A model generated the notes under the pieces. The model had not been told where the DNA came from, searched no databases, and worked only from the letters and a program-made list of their open reading frames with translations. Positions 9,386-16,466 of a DNA stretch of 16,466 nucleotides are shown here, piece after piece. Numbering within the stretch: position 1 is the first letter of the stretch; every line of letters begins with the position of its first letter. The stretch comes from Fonticula alba ATCC 38817 (taxonomy: Eukaryota; Protista; Nucleariida), in NCBI GenBank assembly GCA_000388065.2, contig KB932230.1; one strand, 5' to 3'. The translations under genes were made by a program, and so were the position numbers.

Positions 9386-12300
9386 CCAAGAGCGAGAGAG
9401 GCCATGGGAGTGAGGGGACATACGCCAGTGGCAGTGATGAAGTTGTTTCCGGCGGCCGAGATACGCATGACCAGGTGCAGGGCATCACGAATGCGCAGGG
9501 TCTCCATGCGATCGAGGTACTCGGCCAGCAGGGTGTTGACCTCCTGCACGAAGGGATGGGTGGCCGGGTCGAAGTTGGGCCCAGGAGCCGGGACCTGGCG
9601 GCGGTAGCGCGAGTCCAGGAACTTTGGAGTGGGCATGGGAACACGGGCGCATGGATGTGCAACGGATATGTGAGAAGGCCAGCGAAAGGAAGGGCTGTGG
9701 CCCGGCGGGCTGGACAAATGACGGGGAGAAAATGCGGCCCTCGGGCCCGAGGGCCGATCGTACGCACGCCCAGGGTCCGGTTGACCAGGTTGCCGACATT
9801 GGCCAGCAGCTCGGAGTTGACACGCAGACCGAAGTCGGTCCAGTTGAACTGGGAGTCATGCTGCTCCGGGCGGTTGGCCAGCAGGTAATAGCGCCACAGA
9901 CAGGCCGGGATGCCGGAGGCGATGGCATCATCGCCGAAGACACCGATGTTCCGGGACTTGGAGAACTTGCCGCCCTCGTAGTTCAGGTACTCGGTGGTGC
10001 TCAGGTGGTTGAGCATGGTGTACTTGTCACCGGTGCCGATCAGCGAGCAGGGGAACATCACCGTGTGGAAGGGGACATTGTCCTTGCCCATGAACTGGTA
10101 CAGCTGCACCTGCTCCGGGTTCTTCCACCAGAGCTCCCAGTCGTCGGTGTACTCGGCCGTGATGGACAGATAGCCGATCGGCGCGTCGAACCACACGTAC
10201 AGCACCTTGTTCTCCATGCCAGGCAGGGGGACCGGGGTACCCCAGGACAGGTCGCGGGTCATGCACCGGGCGCGCAGGCCCTCACGCAGCCAGGACTCGG
10301 TGATGGACTTCGAGTTGTCGCTCCACATGCCTACATCGAGGGAGCATCGGGAGAGACACGGTGAGGGGGGACCAGGAAGGGAGGAGAGGGGGAAGGGAGT
10401 GAGGAGGAAAGAGAGATGGAGAAAGAGAGAGATGGAGAAAGAGAGAGAGGGAGAAAAAAGGGGGAAGAGCAAAGAAAGGCAGGGAAATCCGTGTCCTGGG
10501 GTCAAGGGACACGAGAAAAGCCCCAACATAAGCGGAGCGTGCAAGCCACCGAGTAACAACAGCAACAGCAACAGCAACAGCAGCAGCAAGGGACATGTAC
10601 GGGGGCTGGAGGACGTACCGGTGGAGGCCTCCTTGATCCAGGCCTGCAGGTCGTCCTGGACCTTCTCCAGGTGGAGGAACATATGCTCGGACTGACGCAT
10701 GACCGGGGTCGAGCGGCACAGCTTGCACCGGGGATCGATCAGCTCCACAGCATTGATGAGCTTGCCGCACCCGTCGCACTGGTCACCGCGGGCATCGGGG
10801 AACTTGCAGAAGTTGCAAGTGCCCTCGACAAAGCGATCCGACAGGAAGCGCTGATCCTTCTCGCACCACCACTGGTCGATGGTCTGCTTGGAGAAGAGCC
10901 CGCGCTCGTAGATGCGAGAGAAGATCCCCTGGGCAATGCCGGCATGCTTGGGGTCGGTAGTGCGGCCGAAGTGATCGAAATCAATGTCAAACCACTTGTA
11001 GATGGCCGTGTGCAGGGCATTGTACCGGTCGCAAATGGAGCGACAGCTCTCGCCGCGCTCGGAGGCCAGGGTCTCGGTGGCGGTGCCATACTCATCGGTA
11101 CCACACACGTAGAGGGTGTTGTAGCCGCGCTGACGGCAGTAACTACACAGGAGAGCGGGGGGGGGGGGGAACAGATGGGCCGCATGTCAGCAAAGTCACC
11201 GGGCAGGGGGAGGAGGGGGGATCGAGATTCCAGCCGCAGTCGGTGGGGTTCTACACGGACCGGGCATAAACGTCAGCCGACAGGACGCAGCCGATGATGT
11301 TGCCAAGATGCGGGCTGTTGTTGACATAGGGCAGGGCACTGGTAATCAGGATGTTGCGCTCGCCCTCCTTCGGCAGGCTGTGGGGGAATGCATTTCGGCG
11401 GAGGGGCAAAGCATGAGAGGAAGGCGACCGAGGGGGGAGAAGGAATTCCAGCGGAGGAAAAGACAGCTGTCAGTGGCAGAAGACGCTTTTCTCGGCGAAG
11501 GCGATATTACGGGCGGAGCGAGGGACAGGGGAGATGACAACATACATGGTGCCCGCGGAGGGAGACTGGTGGAAGAGCGACTCATCGACCATGCGCAGGG
11601 CGGCCAGAGGCTCGGTGCAGTCAATGACAATCAGGCTGACGCCCTGGAAAAGTATGCATGTGTGTGTGTGTGCGTGTGTGTGTGTGTACGGGGGCCCGTG
11701 GGTGTGCGAAGGAGATGTCAGAAGCAGGCACACAGTCGGTAATGCTCGGCCCACGCCTGCGAGGAGTCCCCTTTCCAGCGAGGTTCGCCATGGAGCAACA
11801 GCATGAGCCACAGGGCCCGAGGGCTACGCACGGCATTGGTGATGGTGGCATGGGCATCCAGCAGCAGAACCTCCGGGTTGCCGAGAGCCTCGGTCATGCC
11901 GGCCAGCAGCGGAGCCGAGACCAGCTTCTCCAGGAAGCCAGTCAGCGGGGTGGACACATCACGCGCATGGTTGCCAGCCAGACGGGCGAAAACCACGAGG
12001 TTCTCCAGCAGGGAAAGTTTCTGCTGGGGCGGGGCGGGGGCAGGTGCAAGATCGAGTCAGCAATGTGCGACGGTGAGGTGTGTGTGTGTGTATGTGTGGC
12101 TTTGGGGCGGCTTGCCAGCTATGCGGCATTTGGGAGTACCTGCTGGCTGGCGAAGTGCTTGGCGACCAAGGCGCTGACCGAAGCGTCGGAGCTGCCGGCG
12201 CTCAGGGTGTCCAGCAGGGTGAAAAGCCGGAAGCCGGCCAGGAACTCATCCAGGCCGATCAGACCGGCCGACTGGAGGATGTGCCCGACGATGGCGATGG

Positions 12301-12640
12301 TCGAGAAGAGGACCGACGCGCCGGACTTCACCTTCATGTGCACGTCGCCATGGTAGCCGGCAACTGGGGGACCTGGTCAGCAGACGGCCGGGAGGCATAT
12401 TCATGTATGTATGTATGTATGTGTGTGTGTGTGTGTGTGTATGCATCCACAAAGGAGGGCTGGGCAAGGGGTGGGTGGGCATCCGAAGTGGCCAGGGCCA
12501 AACGCACGAGCCTCATCGGCCTTCGGAGTAATCTCCAGCTGAACATTCAGACCGGCGTCGTTGGCGAGGCTGATCGCCGCGGCCACAAGGACCGCCTCGC
12601 TGATGTTCGACTGAGCCTGGATAAAGACGACAGGGGACAT
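8838..12640 (-). CDS. MARS1: Methionyl-tRNA synthetase, cytosolic eukaryotic type with N-terminal GST-like region, 793 aa
   Basis: Exons (minus strand): 12640-12508, 12372-12140, 12023-11832, 11643-11546, 11377-11261, 11142-10619, 10330-9768, 9621-9424, 9161-8838. Total 2382 nt, phase-consistent. Motifs: [21 protein letters not shown] (HIGH), CGTDEYGT, Zn knuckles (CNFC...CDGC...CKLC), [26 protein letters not shown] (KMSKS), [11 protein letters not shown], anticodon-domain helices. The N-terminal [12 protein letters not shown] resembles the GST-like domain of MARS1. Stop TAA at 8840-8838. Confidence 0.96.
9327..9382. repeat. 56-nt poly-G tract with a single C at 9348, in the last MARS intron (poly-C on the transcript)
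   Basis: Read directly from the sequence. Confidence 0.95.
10555..10589. repeat. Mixed (AAC/AGC)n trinucleotide repeat in MARS intron 10618-10331
   Basis: aacaacagcaacagcaacagcaacagcagcagcaa on the plus strand; reads as poly-Leu in the MARS frame. Confidence 0.85.
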
Positions 12641-13561
12641 GCTGGCAGGGGAGCAAGCAGGTGAGAGGGGGGGGGGGGAAGAAAAGGAAGGGGGAGGGGG
12701 GAGGAGGGCTCTGGTGCACATCAGCGGGGCAACCTGGGGATGCCGGCTCTTGGGCTTTTTGTCCGGGGGGGAGGGGGGGGGGGCCGCCGGGCCGGGGCGC
12801 CGGATGTTGATGCCTTGTGCCGGAGGGGGCTGGGTCGGGCCAACCAGCAGGGCCTGAGCCTGCGCATGTTTCTGCCGGACCAAGCCCGCCCCCCTCCGTG
12901 CCTCCTCCCCACGCGCTGCACCCCCCCCCCCCAGGGCACCCCGGGCAAGGCGGGGCGGGACGAGCGCGGGAACCAGCCCGCCAGAATCGATTGACATTGT
13001 GTTCTAGTGTGCGTCGACTCGCCGTGGGAACCAGAGCCTGGTGTCGGGGAGCGCGATATCCGAACTGCCGATGCATCGGCCCCACCGACCCGCGGAGTCC
13101 TGGCCGCGCCGGACCGCCACGTGCCGGTTGTCGGCGTGCCGGTCAAGCTGCGGCGGTGTTCAGGCCCCGTCCCGCACGAGGGGCGTGGCGGGGAGAGATC
13201 TTGTCCTGGGGGGCGGGGGTGGGGGCGCCCAGGCTCCCACGCACGCGGACGCCCACCCGCGTCGACCCTTTCTCCTCGAGGCCCGGGGCAGCCAGGAGTT
13301 GTGGCATGCCTATATGCCTCGGGGTTTCCTCGTGCTGTCGCGCATGTGCGCGTGTGCGGGCTGCGAGAGCGGCGTGGGCCGGGAGCATTCTCGAGGCGCA
13401 CGTCTCACCTCATGTAGCGGGATTTTTGGCTGCCCGCTCAAGCGAGATGGCCGCCCAGGCACCCCAGGCCATTCCTCCAGACACCTTTTTCTCTCTTGGA
13501 TTCCTCCTCCTCCTCCTCCTCCCTTTCCTCCCCTCTCCCTCTTTCCCTCTCGCTCCCCGGA
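12641..13561. promoter_or_regulatory. Head-to-head intergenic region between MARS (-) and tRNase Z (+); probable bidirectional promoter, includes an upstream MARS intron
   Basis: Divergent ATGs at 12640 and 13562. A clear intron 3' end (pyrimidine tract, CTCAC, CAG at 12644-12642) lies directly before the MARS ATG. No specific promoter motif was identified. Confidence 0.5.
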
Positions 13562-16365
13562 ATGCATTCTCAGTTGCTGGCGCTGAGGCGGGTGCCCCCG
13601 CAGCTACCCATCAGGCCATGCTTGTCGACAGCCGGCATGCGTCCTGCACTCGGCTGTCGATTCTACTCCGCGCAATCGGACGAGGAGGAAGCCTTCGACC
13701 GTTTGCTGACCCACTTGGATGACGCCGCCAAGGCCCCGGCCGGCATGGCAGCTACCGGTCCCCCGCACAGGGCCTCGGCCGGTGCTCCGCTCGGGGGCGC
13801 TCCTCCTGGGGGCAGCTTCCCCGGAAATGGTGCTTTCGGTGGCCACTTCCCGGGCAGCGCCATCCCTGGCGGAGGCGGCTCCAGTATGCCCCGCAATGGT
13901 CAGGGTGGTGGCTCCACCGGTGGTTTCCCTGGTGGCCACTCTGGTACTCCGGCCGGTGGCATCGGTGGCTTCCCCCGGGCGGCAGGTGGTTTCCCCGGCG
14001 GTGGCGGCGGCGGCGGCTTCCCGGGCGGTGGCGGCGGCTTTCCGGGCGGTGGCGGCGGCTTCCCGGGCGGTGGCGGCGGCTTCCCGGGCAGTGGCGGTGG
14101 CTTCCCGGGCGCCAATCGTTTCCCCTCTGGTGCCGGGGGCTTCCCAGGAGGACCAACTGGGTTCGCCAGTGGTCCATCAGGCTTCCCACATACTCCCGAT
14201 GGTACTTCTGCTCAAGTCGCTAGCAGTCGGCCAAACAGCTACTACAGCCCCCCCGCATCTCACGGCTTCGCCGGGGGCTATTCAACGCCCAGTCATGGTC
14301 AGGGATTCCCTGCTGGAAGACATCCTATGCCCAACATGGGCTATGCGCCTCCGGCTGGGGGCTATGCGCCTCCGGCTGGGGGCTATGCGCCTCCGAGTGG
14401 GGGCTATGCGCCTCCGGCTGGGGGCTATGCGCCTCCGGCCGGAGGCTATGTTCCCCCTGCCGGGGGCTATGCGCCTCCGGCCGGCCAATATGGCCCCCCG
14501 GCTGGGGGGTATGCCCCGCCTCCCGGGCGGTATGCTCCTCCTGCTGGATCCGGCGGCCATTTTGCCCCGCCACCGGCCGGTGACTTGAGCAGTGGCTTCG
14601 CGAAGGGGATCTCCCAGGGTGGCTATGGCGGCGCGCAGGCCGGTGACTTTCCTGGCCGGGCGTCTTTTACGGCGCCGGCCGCCGACTATCTGCGTGCCAT
14701 CGGCAGCAGCAGCAGCAGCAGCAGCACCAATACCAACATGCACCATATGGCGCCGCCAGGCTTCCCGATGATGCCGGACTACCTTGCTGGCGTGACCCAG
14801 CCGGCGGTGGCCCCCCAGGGGCGGACCTCGGCACCGCAGCCAAGTGAAGCGGCCAAGAATGACCCCCAGCGAAGCCGCTCGGGAAGTGCCCGGAACAGTC
14901 TTGGTCTGTCGGGGGTGGCCATTCCGCGTTTCGGCCAGGATGCCCCCCCGTCGGATGACTCGCCGGGGGTCATCCCCGAGGCTGACCACCTCTTCGATGC
15001 CGATGCGCGCGACATGCCCCAGATGCCCAGGCAGCGGGAGAAGCGCGAAAAGCGCGACCGGCGCTCGGAGAATGAGAAGCGAAGCAGCAACCGGAGCCTG
15101 GACCTGCAGCAAAAGGACCCGGAGCAGCTTTTCGCCGCGCTGGACTCGAACAAAAGGCACCGGTCCAAATCCAAGTCCAAGTCCAAGGTGCACCCGTCGC
15201 CAAGGATCACGACCACTTCCAAGGGCCACTTCGAGCTGGAGTTCCTCGGCACGTCCAGCAATTATGCGACTCCCTTCCGGAATACCAGCTGCGTGGCCCT
15301 CAAGACCGGTATGTACTCGGGGGTGGGCATCCCCTTTTTGGCGTGCTGCCTGTTTGGAAACCCGGAAATGGGCCGGTTGCCTGACCTGCTTGCTTGTTTG
15401 TCCGGCATGTTGCAGACAATTCCACCTGGCTCTTCGACGTCGGCGAGGGTACCCAGCGGCAGATGCTCCTGTCTTCTGTGCGGCCATCGCGCGTGGATCG
15501 CATTTTCATCACCCACCTCCACGGGGACCATGTGCTGGGTCTGCCGGGCATCCTGTTGAACCTTGCCTCGGATGCCACTCGGCAGATCCATGTCTACGGG
15601 CCGCCAGGTACTTTGGCATCGCCCCCTCGGCCCCTGGCGTTTCGGTCGACCGGCGCACGCTGGGCCTCCATGCCGCCGGGTTTCCCTCCCCCCCCCTGCC
15701 CCGTTCCTCTCCCTCTGGCTCCTTCTCCCTCCGGCAGTGTCACCCTTTCTTCGGCTAACTTCTGCGTGCACGTGCCACAAAAGGTCTCCGGAACTTCGTC
15801 CAGACCTCCCTGCAAACGACCTCCTCGGGGTGGAGCCGCAAGCCGCTGGTCATTCACGAGCTCTTCCGTCGCCGGTCTTCCCTCACCACGGAGGATGACT
15901 TCGTCATGGAAAATGGCTGCTTCAACCTGTACGCTGCCCTCGTTGCCTGGTTGGCCCTTTTTTTTTTTGCCACATCGCTCGGCCTTCATCTCGCTTACCA
16001 TCCGTCCGGTCCCCTGCCACACCTCTCCTCCTTGTTGGATCACCCCCCGCCCCCCCTCCAAACCCCAACAACCACATAAACACCCACACATCACCCCTTC
16101 CCGCGATGGTCCAGCATCTCGGCCGAAGAGGCCGGCGGCCTGGAAGTGCTGGCCGTGCCGATTGTGCACACAGTTGCCTGCTTCGGCTTCGTCGTCAAGG
16201 AGCAGCCCTTCCGTGGCCGGGTGGACAAGGAAATCATCAAGCGCCTGAAGCTGAGTCACATCCAAATGCGAGACATCATGGCCGGTGAGACGATCACCAC
16301 GTCCGATGGCCAGAGTCTGACCAAGGCTGACATCATCGGGCCCGACCGCCCGGGGCGCAAGATTG
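13562..16365 (+). CDS. ELAC1: Ribonuclease Z (tRNase Z, short/bacterial-like ELAC1-type catalytic domain) with long N-terminal extension and predicted mitochondrial presequence; 3' end outside the window
   Basis: Exons: 13562-15308, 15416-15607, 15784-15928, 16115-16365, then a donor GTGCGT at 16366; phase-consistent. Motifs: FELEFLGTSS...RNTSCVAL, WLFDVGEGTQRQ, RIFITHLHGDHVLGLPG (intact HxHxDH), IHVYGPPGLRNF, PIVHTVACFGFVVKE, flexible arm ending GPDRPGRKI. The symbol denotes the family; orthology is not established. Confidence 0.9.
13991..14110 (+). repeat. Coding tandem repeats (FPGGGGG)n, about 21-nt unit
   Basis: ttcccgggcggtggcggcggc-type units in tRNase Z exon 1, flanked by further dispersed GFPG motifs. 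Confidence 0.9.
14339..14548 (+). repeat. Ten 21-nt coding tandem repeats (GYAPPAG)n
   Basis: ggctatgcgcctccggctggg consensus; 210 nt = 10 units, degenerating toward the 3' end. Confidence 0.95.
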
Positions 16366-16466
16366 GTGCGTGCCCCTCCATCCCCATTCACGGCGAGACT
16401 GCCTGCCCCCATTGGCTCGGGGAGGTCGGTCGTGCATGTATTCCTCCCTCCTCCGCTCCCCCCCCC

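Noticed and set aside
11734-11756. Possible 23-nt MARS micro-exon (AWAEHYRL) flanked by CAG and GTGTGC
   Set aside because: It would leave phase 2, but the next exon (11643) is open only in phase 0; direct splicing 11832/11643 keeps the frame.
13496-13561. ORF-track start at 13496 for the tRNase Z ORF
   Set aside because: It is a TTG inside a pyrimidine-rich leader; the first ATG (13562) begins the presequence-like peptide.
12721-13722. Several overlapping ORFs in the MARS/tRNase Z intergenic region (for example 13007-13417 +, 12817-13722 -)
   Set aside because: Pro/Gly/Arg-rich GC-driven frames with no motif or consistent splice structure.
1-16466. tRNA, rRNA, snoRNA genes or transposons
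   Set aside because: No cloverleaf with A/B boxes, rRNA-like segment, transposase/RT motif or terminal repeats recognised by eye; tRNAscan-SE and Infernal would be needed to exclude small ncRNAs.

Overview
GC-rich, intron-containing eukaryotic DNA, not a prokaryotic operon. The GT-AG introns are short (about 73-350 nt), often with CTRAC-like branch points and CA or homopolymer runs. The style suggests a compact opisthokont protist such as Fonticula, but that is a guess. Manual splicing gives five genes. (1) The last exon of an SMP-domain, TEX2/Nvj2-like lipid-transfer protein (+). (2) MOCS3/UBA4 adenylyltransferase-sulfurtransferase (-, 9 exons, 617 aa). (3) DDX51/DBP6 DEAD-box helicase (-, about 1,150 aa) with a long acidic and KKD-repeat tail. 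(4) Cytosolic-type methionyl-tRNA synthetase with an N-terminal GST-like region (-, 9 exons, 793 aa). (5) Divergently, a short-form-type tRNase Z (+, runs off the window) preceded by a mitochondrial presequence-like peptide and a total N-terminal extension of about 555 aa, largely Gly/Pro/Tyr/Phe low-complexity repeats. Most other ORFs in the track are antisense shadows or microsatellite read-through. The most notable signals are the tRNase Z architecture and a splice-donor set with C or T but never A at +4 (23 of 23).
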